Virus record (IMG/VR): IMGVR_UViG_3300028287_000410
Coordinates: 43,763 to 107,762 of that record
DNA length: 64,000 nucleotides
Reading direction: 5' to 3' (one strand)
Source: a virus
Below the pieces are notes generated by a model. It saw only the letters and a list, made by a program, of their open reading frames with translations. It did not search any database and was not told the origin of the DNA. Positions 20,839-29,950 of this stretch are shown here, one piece after another (the stretch's first letter is position 1; each line of letters opens with the position of its first letter). The translations under genes were made by a program, and so were the position numbers.

Positions 20839-20952
20839 TCACTTATATATAAACGGATCACGTTTACGTAATTCTTCTAAACGCTTTTTCAGTTCTTTGC
20901 GTCTTTTATACTCTGACCAAGGCCAAGTAATAACTTCCCAAATCTTTCTCAT
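20839..20952 (-). CDS. Small basic protein (37 aa) upstream of the carbamoyltransferase, not in the ORF track
   Basis: MRKIWEVITWPWSEYKRRKELKKRLEELRKRDPFIYK. It is coupled by TAATG to the upstream gene and ends 8 nt before the carbamoyltransferase start. Confidence 0.75.
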   Translation of the reverse strand: MRKIWEVITWPWSEYKRRKELKKRLEELRKRDPFIYK

Positions 20953-21683
20953 TATCCTTCTCCGTTTCTTGTTTTTTCAATGTCTTCAAATAGAATTGTA
21001 GACCAGTCTTCGTGTGCATCCTCATCTGGATGCATATAACGCTCATCACCTTCTTGTTTAAAATACATTTGGTTCTCATGCATATATGTAAAGAAAGTCT
21101 GTTGTTCATAGATATGTGACATATCTAACTGTGTAAGAACATTACCCATATCAGCTTGTTCACATAATTCAGTAAACTTAGTTGCCTCTAATAGATTGGG
21201 AGTCAAGTTCAATGAATTAAAAATAATATACTCTAAACCAGCATTCTTAAAGAAATTCTGTAGTGTAAGAATATGAATTAAGTACTGATGGAAATCATAT
21301 ACTGGTGACCAGAAATGTTTCATGTACAGTGTGTTAAACAAATCGATATCTCTGTTTGTTTGTTCGTCCAGCATAATATTACCGTGATACTCATGTGCAG
21401 GTACATTATGAATTAATGTATTTGTTGCTTCGATAAAGTGTTCACGTCTACTTGGTGCAGTCATACCAATTGCGCAAAACGGCTTCTTACCTTCTGTTAG
21501 TAAGTCGCTTACTGTTGTAATAGTATTACGCACAATGTATTGATTGCTAACTCCGCGTTGTGCCTCTGAGATCGTATCACTACGTTCAAAGCCTAGCTTC
21601 TCTGCTAGTTCAAAAGGCCATGCTTTATCTTTTAGTGCAAGTCCAGTCCCGTATGTAAAGCTACATCCATTTGCATATAACAT
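20952..21683 (-). CDS. SGNH/GDSL hydrolase-like protein
   Basis: Block I YANGCSFTYG, block II GVSN, C-terminal MHPDEDAHEDW. Confidence 0.75.
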   Translation of the reverse strand: MLYANGCSFTYGTGLALKDKAWPFELAEKLGFERSDTISEAQRGVSNQYIVRNTITTVSDLLTEGKKPFCAIGMTAPSRREHFIEATNTLIHNVPAHEYHGNIMLDEQTNRDIDLFNTLYMKHFWSPVYDFHQYLIHILTLQNFFKNAGLEYIIFNSLNLTPNLLEATKFTELCEQADMGNVLTQLDMSHIYEQQTFFTYMHENQMYFKQEGDERYMHPDEDAHEDWSTILFEDIEKTRNGEG

Positions 21684-21703
21684 ATTATTATTCCTCTAAT
21701 TTA

Positions 21704-22309
21704 CTACTTCTCATTATACTCGAAACAACCCAACAATGCAAGTCTTTGTTTTGTACCGATGTTTTCTACTTTGTGTTCCCAATTACTATTAAGATACCAG
21801 ACTTCGCCAGGTTGCATTAATTGCTTGACCACTCCGTTCTTTGTCTTCATATGCATAATTTGTTCACCATCGATAACTACAGAAAATCTGTCTTTACCGG
21901 GTTGGTCAATATGATATGTTAAATCGTCATCCTTTTGAATTGTTGCATATCGTAATCTACATATTGCAGAATTTAACATATACGCAAGTTCTTCATATAC
22001 TGGATTAAATTCCTCCCGTAATTGAATATAATTACTTTCAGTATTCTCATCGCTTGGCAACTTGTACTGAATATCATACTGGTTATAATTAACAACATCC
22101 CTGTCATCAACAGTGTTGACTTCTATAGGAAGTTGTGTTAATCTTAGTTGTTTTGCAGTATCCAGTGACGGTGGTGTGTTTTTGAACTCTTTTCGTAATA
22201 GCTCAAGTGCTGATTCAGTTACGTTTCCATAATATCTAAATAATGGATATTTCAATCTCTTTTTCACTATCATTTTTTGACTGCTATAATTTTGTATAAT
22301 ATTATTCAT
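21704..22309 (-). CDS. Asp/Asn beta-hydroxylase-like 2OG-Fe(II) oxygenase/cupin
   Basis: RLRYA...YHID (HxD)...PGEVWYLNSNWEHKVEN...RLALL. Confidence 0.75.
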   Translation of the reverse strand: MNNIIQNYSSQKMIVKKRLKYPLFRYYGNVTESALELLRKEFKNTPPSLDTAKQLRLTQLPIEVNTVDDRDVVNYNQYDIQYKLPSDENTESNYIQLREEFNPVYEELAYMLNSAICRLRYATIQKDDDLTYHIDQPGKDRFSVVIDGEQIMHMKTKNGVVKQLMQPGEVWYLNSNWEHKVENIGTKQRLALLGCFEYNEK

Positions 22310-22330
22310 ATGTTCCTCATTAACTGCTAA

Positions 22331-22346
22331 GATAAATATATTTATG
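22331..22346. promoter_or_regulatory. Back-to-back (G/C)ATAAATA late-promoter-like motifs between divergent genes
   Basis: GATAAATA on + (22331-22338) and CATAAATA on - (22339-22346) form the palindrome ATAAATATATTTAT. A further GATAAATA lies at 22421-22428. Confidence 0.5.
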
Positions 22347-22475
22347 CAATAAAAAATTATTACAAACAGTTTCCCAAAGAGGAAATATGTTTATTATGGC
22401 AGATCATTGAAATATTTTAAGATAAATAGAAGAGCTAAGAAATAATTAATTATTTCATGAAAGTAGGAATTACAA

Positions 22476-23396
22476 GTGAACACAAAAATATTAAACTATT
22501 ATGAAGTTCTTCCTGAGGAAAATACATTTGTTGACATTATGGCAGACATAACTCATAAATGCAACATGACATGTAAGAACTGTTATATACCTAACCGCGA
22601 TGTCCCAGACATGGATTTAGAAAAATTTAAAGATTTCATGTCACGGATTGCCGGTAGATGTATGATTAGAATTGTTGGAGCAGAACCAACAATGAATCCG
22701 CTGTGTGAAGAGTACATTAAAGCAGTTTTTGAGAATGGCCATAGATGTATTCTTCTGACAAACGGTTTAAGGTTATCACATAAAAATTACGTAAGTAAAT
22801 TACACAATGCTGGACTAAGACATATATACCTAAGTCTTAACGGAGTTGATAATGATGATTGGTACGAGTCTATAGATGAAATGCGATGTGCTGATAAAAA
22901 AATAAAAGCATTACAAAATATCCGTGAGCGTAAATTTATATTAGATACGGGAACTATCATTGTTCCGAATGTGAATGAAGATGCGCCCGGTGCGTTATTA
23001 GAATTGTTTGACAGAGAAAATATTAATAATGCTCTCATGCGAATTAAGAATGTTGGTCAATTAGGTAGATTTCAAACAGAAGCCGACGATAATGTAAAAA
23101 TGGATCAACTAGTTAAACTATGTTCAGAACAAATGAACATCAGCGAAGACTATATAAATAGTTTTAGAAATAAAAAATTATATGGTATATATGAAGAAAA
23201 GAACTCTATACTATTTCCGTTACGTGAGGGTAACAAAATATTAAACAGAGGCAGATGGGTTAAGATTACAAATTGGGATACAGACAACGAAATCGGTATA
23301 CCAGATCCTAACTCGCCAAGGCGTGGGCGCATTACAAAAGATTTTATGCTTGCACCAACATACGAACACATTAAATTAAACGAAGGTGGATACTAA
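22476..23396 (+). CDS. Radical SAM protein (MoaA-like core, no auxiliary Cys domain)
   Basis: ITHKCNMTCKNC, GAEPT, LTNG and YLSLNG motifs; GTG start with AGGA RBS. Confidence 0.9.
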   Translation: MNTKILNYYEVLPEENTFVDIMADITHKCNMTCKNCYIPNRDVPDMDLEKFKDFMSRIAGRCMIRIVGAEPTMNPLCEEYIKAVFENGHRCILLTNGLRLSHKNYVSKLHNAGLRHIYLSLNGVDNDDWYESIDEMRCADKKIKALQNIRERKFILDTGTIIVPNVNEDAPGALLELFDRENINNALMRIKNVGQLGRFQTEADDNVKMDQLVKLCSEQMNISEDYINSFRNKKLYGIYEEKNSILFPLREGNKILNRGRWVKITNWDTDNEIGIPDPNSPRRGRITKDFMLAPTYEHIKLNEGGY

Positions 23397-23398
23397 AA

Positions 23399-23635
23399 AT
23401 GAGTAAGACTAGAGAAACACTTAAAAAAATTGCTATGGACAGGGTCGATATCGAATTGACAGATGAAATTATTAATTCCGGTACTTCCTTTAAGGATCTA
23501 GGGATAGATTCTTTGGATTCTATTGAAATTATTGTTTCAATAGAGGATGAATTAGATATTGAATTATCAGATGAAACGCTAGACGCTGTAACTAATATCA
23601 AAGAATTAGCAGACTATTTGTCAGAATTTGACTGA
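23399..23635 (+). CDS. acpP: Acyl carrier protein
   Basis: Acidic 78-aa protein with DLGIDSLDSIEIIVSIEDELDIELSDE, the phosphopantetheine-attachment DSL motif. Confidence 0.92.
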   Translation: MSKTRETLKKIAMDRVDIELTDEIINSGTSFKDLGIDSLDSIEIIVSIEDELDIELSDETLDAVTNIKELADYLSEFD

Positions 23636-24636
23636 TGTTATTACCGTTAATTGACGGTATAGAAGTTGATTTAAATGATGATTTAGATTTATATTTTTTC
23701 CATGAATACGTACAATGGAAAAACTATAGCTTCAATCGTGTAGACAAAAAAGGCATACGAGAAAAAATTAATCTTTCAGCATTCCAAAAGGTATATATGC
23801 AAAGAGCAAATACCGGTGGATGGAATTTCGCAGAAGAAGACGTATATAAGTTTGATGAGGTGCGTTTTGAATTGCCGAATGAATGCAAGACAATATGTAT
23901 CAGCAAAAAAGACAATGATTACGAAACACTTATAATACAACTTGCAAGTTTAAGTGGGCATGGCAGTAGATTAACACAGCCGTTTAGCAGTACATCCGAA
24001 AGCATTTACAACACGAATGCAGATATTATTGTAGTGAACGAAGACCCTCTTCGCTTTCCAGAGTTTTTATACCCTTCGTGTTATATACTAGGGTGCAGTG
24101 AACGATTACACTCTATGAAATTAATGGCAGATGATGTTAGAAGAATTATCACCGAAAAGGGAAAGCAATATAAGAAAATTGTAGTATATAGTGACAGTAA
24201 ACATGCTGGGTCTGGATTGAGTTTTGCAATTGAACTAAGTGATATTGTTACTCATTGTTTTACAGTACACGGAACAAACACGCATGATTTTAATGAAAGC
24301 CCTATTGTCAAAGATTATCTAGAAAATTACAAGACAGGTTGGCATACAAGTCCTGCACAATGGATGCACATTGTAAAATGCTATCAATATAAAAATCGCT
24401 TCGAAATACCAGATCATATATTGAATCCATTAAAGCATATCAAAAATTATAATATAAAAGTTGATTACTACCATGGCAAGTACGATGATGAATATAGGCC
24501 ATTTTTGAAATACGCACAGGAATTAGATACAGGAATAAGTTATCATGAAGTTGACTATAGAACAAAATACGAAACTCATAATATTAGAAATCATATAGAT
24601 AGAAAAATTTTACCCGGATATATCAATGAAATTTGA
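23635..24636 (+). CDS. Putative alpha/beta-hydrolase-like protein (paralog 1)
   Basis: VVYSDSKHAG nucleophile-elbow-like motif, YHGKYD and terminal THNIR. Clear paralog of the next gene. Confidence 0.45.
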   Translation: MLLPLIDGIEVDLNDDLDLYFFHEYVQWKNYSFNRVDKKGIREKINLSAFQKVYMQRANTGGWNFAEEDVYKFDEVRFELPNECKTICISKKDNDYETLIIQLASLSGHGSRLTQPFSSTSESIYNTNADIIVVNEDPLRFPEFLYPSCYILGCSERLHSMKLMADDVRRIITEKGKQYKKIVVYSDSKHAGSGLSFAIELSDIVTHCFTVHGTNTHDFNESPIVKDYLENYKTGWHTSPAQWMHIVKCYQYKNRFEIPDHILNPLKHIKNYNIKVDYYHGKYDDEYRPFLKYAQELDTGISYHEVDYRTKYETHNIRNHIDRKILPGYINEI

Positions 24637-25648
24637 ATTTTACAATCAATTATGGGACTTTGACGATGATGTAGAGCTATACTTTCTACATGAAAAAATA
24701 CTCCAATACACATATTCCACCATCAAAAATGACAGTAATAAGAAAATTGATAGGTTCTCACGAATATATAAGACTGATTTTATTAATGTATTAGAACAAC
24801 GTGCAGAAACAGGCACTATAGAGTTTGCTAGACCATTGGTACAAAGCTACAACGATGAGTTATTTGAGAATGTATCAGATGATTATACAATGTGTTGGAA
24901 GCGAACTAACATAGAACACGACACATTGATTATTCATTTGACAAGTTTTGCAGGACACGAAGGTCGATTGTCTTCCCCTCTCACAAATGTAAGTGAAAAG
25001 ATTATTAATTTAGACACAGATTTATTGATTGTAAATGAAGATCCATTCAGAATGCCAGAAATTCTATACCCAAGTAATATGGTACTTGGTGTAAGTAATA
25101 AATGTGATAGCATAAAATCAACATGTAACCAGATTAGAAAATATATTAATAAAGAATACAAACATGTTATTCTCTACGCAGATAGTAAACATGCTGGATC
25201 TGTTGTTAGCATCGCATCAGAATTGCAAGATTTAAATATTCGTGTGTTGACAACAGGTGGACAATCTACATATAACTGGGAAACATCTCCATGGGTTAAA
25301 GGTTATCTGAAATGGTTTAATAGACCCGAATATCTAAAACATCAATATATGCCTATCACAGGAGTTGTACTTATGCATATTGTAAAGTGTTATAAATTCA
25401 AACAAATGAATATAGACAAGCGTATAACAGACCCATACAAGTTCTTAAATGATTATGATATACCGGTTGATTTCTTATATGGGAAATACGACATAGATTA
25501 TGTAGGATTTAAAAACTATGTAGAAAGATTGAAAATAAACAACTTGACCATGCACGAAATTGATTACAAGATTTCTAGTTCGCAAACACATAACATTCGA
25601 CCATATGTTGATAGGTTTGTACTAAAAGATTACATAGAAAACTTATAA
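24626..25648 (+). CDS. Putative alpha/beta-hydrolase-like protein (paralog 2)
   Basis: ILYADSKHAG, LYGKYD and THNIR; shares NEDPxRxPExLYPS with paralog 1. Confidence 0.45.
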   Translation: MKFEFYNQLWDFDDDVELYFLHEKILQYTYSTIKNDSNKKIDRFSRIYKTDFINVLEQRAETGTIEFARPLVQSYNDELFENVSDDYTMCWKRTNIEHDTLIIHLTSFAGHEGRLSSPLTNVSEKIINLDTDLLIVNEDPFRMPEILYPSNMVLGVSNKCDSIKSTCNQIRKYINKEYKHVILYADSKHAGSVVSIASELQDLNIRVLTTGGQSTYNWETSPWVKGYLKWFNRPEYLKHQYMPITGVVLMHIVKCYKFKQMNIDKRITDPYKFLNDYDIPVDFLYGKYDIDYVGFKNYVERLKINNLTMHEIDYKISSSQTHNIRPYVDRFVLKDYIENL

Positions 25649-26587
25649 GTCACTTAACTGTGGAAATATTAATCTTCTTGCTATTAACTCATTAATATCT
25701 TTACCATTATGGGCCGAGATTCCGACAAAAAATGAGAAGGGATCATCCAATTTCTGAAATTTCAGAAAATCTTTTAAATCTTTAGGTACGCTTCTAATGT
25801 CTCTGCCTTTTAAATTATTTAATATGTCAATAAGATTACGGTTGCTATTAACAAGTTCATCACGTTCAGCAAGAAATTCTTTTTCTACAACGCTTTTTAA
25901 TTTATGTCTACCAGACCATAAGTCAAACTCACACAATCTGTCTTTGAATACATTTCGTAGTGTATTTTTATATTTTACAGATTGTAACTTTTGTATGTCA
26001 CCGAATAACATTTCTGTTTTATAAAATTTACTAAACCCATGGTCGAAGTCATTTGGTGGTATAACGTATTCAATCATATTCGTTATAGGGTTAGTAAAAC
26101 TAAATCTCCCAACAGTTGGCCACAATACGATTACTTTTAAAGGTAAACGTTCTCTTGTTGCTAACCACATTGCATTGTGAAATACCGCATCGGGTCCGCA
26201 TCCGCCAACTCCCCAGTTTATTACCTGCCTACCAGTTAATTTACTCAAGTATTCGCCTATCGTATGTTCATACTCTATGCCAACTCCTTGAACGTGAGAA
26301 CACCCTAGTATCACAATCTTATCTGAAAAATCATAATCATCTGTCATATCATATTGATTGTTTTCAATGCTAGGGACCCGCATCCCTATATTATTAAAAG
26401 AATAATCGATAGGATCAGTTTTAAATCTCCAGTTTTTAAAAAGTCCTGTATATTTAGGATTATCAAGGTTCGCTTTATATCCTTCTATTGTGTCGCTTCC
26501 ATTAAATGGTTCGGATATTGGATGCCAGTCTTTTGGATCCAGGCTTCTAAAGTTACTGTAAAATACGCTGTTATCAAGTTGGGTCAT
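25643..26587 (-). CDS. SGNH hydrolase-like protein
   Basis: ILGCSHVQG, NWGVGG and terminal AHNG. Likely start is the ATG at 26587 (MTQLD). Paralog of 28968..29927. Confidence 0.65.
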   Translation of the reverse strand: MTQLDNSVFYSNFRSLDPKDWHPISEPFNGSDTIEGYKANLDNPKYTGLFKNWRFKTDPIDYSFNNIGMRVPSIENNQYDMTDDYDFSDKIVILGCSHVQGVGIEYEHTIGEYLSKLTGRQVINWGVGGCGPDAVFHNAMWLATRERLPLKVIVLWPTVGRFSFTNPITNMIEYVIPPNDFDHGFSKFYKTEMLFGDIQKLQSVKYKNTLRNVFKDRLCEFDLWSGRHKLKSVVEKEFLAERDELVNSNRNLIDILNNLKGRDIRSVPKDLKDFLKFQKLDDPFSFFVGISAHNGKDINELIARRLIFPQLSDL

Positions 26588-26611
26588 ATGAATATTTATG
26601 TTCATTATTTT

Positions 26612-26653
26612 CTTGACAAATCTGCGAATCATGCTATATTAATTAAGTAATCA
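26612..26653 (+). promoter_or_regulatory. Sigma70-type (early) promoter, copy 1 of a 42-bp exact repeat
   Basis: CTTGACAAATCTGCGAATCATGCTATATTAATTAAGTAATCA: TTGACA-16-TATATT with extended TG. Identical to 29951..29992. Confidence 0.8.
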
Positions 26654-26670
26654 GAGAGAAAGAGAATCAT

Positions 26671-26910
26671 ATGTTTAGAATCCCTAGTTTTTATAAAGAC
26701 ACTGTAGACTTCACAACTGCTTGGAACACAATCACAAACTTTGGTCGTGGCGATGCACTTGAAGGTATGAATGCTATGAACCGTGTTTGGGAAGAGCATT
26801 GCGCATCAGGTGATGAAGATGATACATTTTTTGACAACTACGAATACGAAGCGAATGCTTACAACGTAGTGTTCGAAAACATGGGTAAACTATTTGGAGA
26901 AGCAGCGTAA
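26671..26910 (+). CDS. Hypothetical acidic phage protein (79 aa)
   Basis: Directly downstream of the promoter and a purine-rich RBS. Confidence 0.75.
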   Translation: MFRIPSFYKDTVDFTTAWNTITNFGRGDALEGMNAMNRVWEEHCASGDEDDTFFDNYEYEANAYNVVFENMGKLFGEAA

Positions 26911-26912
26911 TA

Positions 26913-27113
26913 ATGTGGGAACTTAGAACAACATTCAGTGAACCAAATCCCTTGAGGCCCGGCGATGGCCTCGAGCAAAGTGGTTTGCTGGTTGAAACTC
27001 TATGTGAAGCATTGTCTTGGTGGGAGTGTAGAACACGTATAGGTTGTCACGTTAGAAGAACTCACGTCATGCTTGATCCCAATGGAAGAGTAGCGAAAAT
27101 AAAATTTGATTAA
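26913..27113 (+). CDS. Hypothetical protein (66 aa)
   Basis: Follows the previous gene by 2 nt, with a GGAG RBS. Confidence 0.65.
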   Translation: MWELRTTFSEPNPLRPGDGLEQSGLLVETLCEALSWWECRTRIGCHVRRTHVMLDPNGRVAKIKFD

Positions 27114-27200
27114 GGAACGTCCGATGAAAGAATTTATGAACAACCAGCACGGCTTGTTTCGACAAGGAAAGAAAGCTGGTATTCCAGTCTATGAGGCGAA

Positions 27201-27350
27201 ATGAAAACTCCCAGAAAAGTAAACGATTTTCCGCAAAAAGGAAATCACATTGGAGATTTGATTCTCCTACCATCTGGTCAAGTTTATCGGTGGTGTGAAT
27301 TTAAGCGTTGGCAACGTTGGCTCATCGCCGAACAAAAAGGAATCAAATGA
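27201..27350 (+). CDS. Hypothetical small protein (49 aa), not in the ORF track
   Basis: MKTPRKVNDFPQKGNHIGDLILLPSGQVYRWCEFKRWQRWLIAEQKGIK, preceded by GAGG. Confidence 0.45.
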   Translation: MKTPRKVNDFPQKGNHIGDLILLPSGQVYRWCEFKRWQRWLIAEQKGIK

Positions 27351-27405
27351 TGTATATGGCGGAGATGCAATATACGATAATTTACATGTTTACTTCAAAT
27401 AGAGG

Positions 27406-27434
27406 TTGACATTCATAACGAATCAGTATATAAA
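27406..27434 (+). promoter_or_regulatory. Sigma70-type (early) promoter
   Basis: TTGACA-17 nt-TATAAA with CGAATCA in the spacer, upstream of the pentapeptide repeat gene. Confidence 0.7.
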
Positions 27435-27464
27435 GAATGTATAAGTTAGAGAGAAGGACTAAAA

Positions 27465-27908
27465 ATGACTAAAGATGAACTTCAAGTAATCCTAGAAAAA
27501 CATAAGCTATGGCTCCAGGGTAATAAAGAAGGAGTTCGTGCTGACTTGCGCGGTGCTGACTTGTGTGGCGCTGACTTGAGTGGTGCTAACTTGATTGCTG
27601 CTAACTTGAGTGGTGCTAACTTGAGTGGTGCTATCTTGAGGGGTGCTATCTTAGAGGTTGCTAACTTGAGTGGTGCTACCTCGAGGGGTGCTGACTTGAG
27701 GAATGCTAACTTAGGGGGTGCTAACTTAGAGTATGCTGACTTGCGTGATGCTAACTTGAGTGGTGCTGGCTTAGAGAATGCTAACTTAGAGGAGGCTGAC
27801 TTGTGGTGTGCTAACTTGAGTGGTGCTGACTTGTCTGATGCTAACTTGAGTGGTGCTGACTTGAGGAATGCTAACTTAGAGGGTGCTAACTTTGGAGAAA
27901 CAGAATGA
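27465..27908 (+). CDS. Pentapeptide repeat protein
   Basis: About 23 tandem A(D/N)Lxx repeats after an N-terminal HKLWL cap; 15-nt DNA periodicity (gctaacttgagtggt). Confidence 0.95.
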   Translation: MTKDELQVILEKHKLWLQGNKEGVRADLRGADLCGADLSGANLIAANLSGANLSGAILRGAILEVANLSGATSRGADLRNANLGGANLEYADLRDANLSGAGLENANLEEADLWCANLSGADLSDANLSGADLRNANLEGANFGETE

Positions 27909-28072
27909 ATAAACTTGAAGAACTCCAAGCCGCTTGTGATGCTGCTGCTCAGGATGAGCTGGATGCTGCTATTGTGATGCTGCTCATGCTGCTTGCTGTA
28001 GCTGCTGTAGCTGCTGTAGCTGCTCTCCAAGCCGAGCTAAAGAGAACACAAGAGGAGAGACAGAATGACTGA
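27905..28072 (+). CDS. Small Ala-rich protein (55 aa), not in the ORF track
   Basis: [22 protein letters not shown]...; ATGA overlap and GGAG RBS. Confidence 0.5.
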   Translation: MNKLEELQAACDAAAQDELDAAIVMLLMLLAVAAVAAVAALQAELKRTQEERQND

Positions 28073-28241
28073 ACTTGAAGAACATAAGGCTGCGCGTGCT
28101 GATGCTCGTGCTGCTGTTGATGCTACTTATGATGCTGCCCGTGCTGATGCTTGGGCTGCTGCTGATGCTTATGAAGTTTATAAAATGGAGCAAGGTTATC
28201 GCTGGAAAGGTACTGAAGGCGACATATGGGTTAAATCATGA
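28065..28241 (+). CDS. Small Ala-rich protein (58 aa), not in the ORF track
   Basis: [36 protein letters not shown]...; GAGGAG RBS; overlaps the next gene by ATGA. Confidence 0.6.
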   Translation: MTELEEHKAARADARAAVDATYDAARADAWAAADAYEVYKMEQGYRWKGTEGDIWVKS

Positions 28242-28975
28242 TTGATGCATCTACGTTCTGTAATCAGGATTTGGAACCGGTCCGCCTCTATGATGAACCG
28301 ATCACTAAGCTAGAACTGCTTGCACTTGCTATTGCTGCTCAACGCATTAATGGTGGGTATTATAAACGTGGTGGACATTCTGGCTTTGTTAACAAAGTCG
28401 AAGACGGTGAGGAAGTACAACGCTTTGAACTTGTTAAGCAATCTAATCGCTTTGTTATGGAAACTGTTCAACAAACAGACCCAAACATTATCACTAAAGA
28501 ATTACTTGCAGAAGCGTCTGAAATGATGACCGCTCTTGAAATGGACTATATGTTCAAAGTTCTAGGTGATAACATGAATGATTTTGAAAGTTCCATTCAT
28601 CAATTCTTAGCAGACGATATTGAGGTTCAGCTTTGGATGCATGTTGGTGTAGTTGCTTATATCCCCGAATATATAGAACGTGAAACAAAACAACGTGAAC
28701 TCACAGAACGTTCAATAGGTTCTGAATATATCGGTACCAAAGGTAAAGCTATCGTTACTGAAATTGAGATTATTTCTAAGCGAGCCGCAACACAGTGGGC
28801 AGGTTGGAATGTAAATGCTATTACTACTGATGGTAACCGTGTTTCATTCTTTACTACTAAAGATGATTTAGCAAATAAAAAAGGTGTCTTTAAAATCGCC
28901 GCTAAGGTAAAAGATTGTGGTAATGTTTGGCAAGACCCAGATATTAAAGAAACTCGTCTTAACTACGTTAAGTAA
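28238..28975 (+). CDS. Hypothetical phage protein, possible C-terminal OB-like beta domain
   Basis: 245-aa coupled ORF; beta-rich C-terminus SEYIGTKG...TRLNYVK. Confidence 0.7.
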   Translation: MIDASTFCNQDLEPVRLYDEPITKLELLALAIAAQRINGGYYKRGGHSGFVNKVEDGEEVQRFELVKQSNRFVMETVQQTDPNIITKELLAEASEMMTALEMDYMFKVLGDNMNDFESSIHQFLADDIEVQLWMHVGVVAYIPEYIERETKQRELTERSIGSEYIGTKGKAIVTEIEIISKRAATQWAGWNVNAITTDGNRVSFFTTKDDLANKKGVFKIAAKVKDCGNVWQDPDIKETRLNYVK

Positions 28976-29927
28976 AATTTTCTCTGTAGATTAAATCAGC
29001 AACGTCCATGCAGATACTTCTACCCCAATGGGCAAGTCTAGGCGACTTGTCCTTTTCTTCTATATACATATCTCTAGCATAAAAATCATCAATGAATTTG
29101 ATATGGTCTGGGTTGTTATAGTCCAACTTTAATTTTCCAGTTTCTAAATCAACTCGCATTTGATAGTAAGTTATATCCTTAGGTTTCATCCATTCTGCTT
29201 CTAGCAATGGGCCTTTACCAGCTTCGCCGCTGTTTGTTACATCATACTGTATTGTCCCAAGGATATTATGTACATCTTTATACAATTGATAATCATATAA
29301 TGTATTATAACAGAAGTCAGAATTAAGATACGTAGTCGGTGTCAAATATTCTGCTCTATGCTGTTTTCTTTCTGCATTGGATAAATGAGCAGCATTAGTA
29401 ATATCCGAATGATCCCACATACCTTTCCCATTCAGCCCGTAACCATATGTCCAAGTGCTTCTGTTTGTATGTGTCCAAAGTACTATAACTTTTTTAGGTT
29501 TATATTTTTTTATAACGTGTATTGCATTATTATGAATACGGCGATTACTAGATCCAGGGACCCCAAGATTCATAGTCGGTACGTTATATTTAGAAGTCAG
29601 TATAGAAGATACAGTATTATAACTCTCAATTGATTGACCATATACATAAGAACAACCTACTATAGCACATGTATTGTCCCAGTCTACAGTATCAAATTCT
29701 ACATCATTTCTGAAGCCGTCACTGTTATGTACATAAAAATGTGGATCATCAGCTTTATTACCACTAAATCTCCAATTTGGATGGGCATACTTTTTTGCTC
29801 GGTCACAGTTTAGTCTCTCGGTGCCTTGTGGACCGCCTATGTACTCTAGCTTGCCACTATTTCGTGTCATGAACTCCGTATCAGGTATTTTATCCAGTGG
29901 TTCTATTATATCAGTAATGCTTCTCAT
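28968..29927 (-). CDS. SGNH hydrolase-like protein
   Basis: IVGCSYVYG, NLGVPGSSN and terminal AHWG. Start is 29927 or 29933. Confidence 0.68.
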   Translation of the reverse strand: MRSITDIIEPLDKIPDTEFMTRNSGKLEYIGGPQGTERLNCDRAKKYAHPNWRFSGNKADDPHFYVHNSDGFRNDVEFDTVDWDNTCAIVGCSYVYGQSIESYNTVSSILTSKYNVPTMNLGVPGSSNRRIHNNAIHVIKKYKPKKVIVLWTHTNRSTWTYGYGLNGKGMWDHSDITNAAHLSNAERKQHRAEYLTPTTYLNSDFCYNTLYDYQLYKDVHNILGTIQYDVTNSGEAGKGPLLEAEWMKPKDITYYQMRVDLETGKLKLDYNNPDHIKFIDDFYARDMYIEEKDKSPRLAHWGRSICMDVADLIYRENFT

Positions 29928-29950
29928 AAACATATTTATGCTAAAAAATA

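Noticed and set aside
27540-27890. Regular short DNA repeats considered as a CRISPR array or DGR variable region
   Set aside because: The 15-nt period is explained by pentapeptide coding; there are no unique spacers, cas genes or reverse transcriptase in the window.
27482-28030. 182-aa minus-strand repetitive ORF (SAPLKLA repeats)
   Set aside because: Antisense shadow of the pentapeptide repeat gene.
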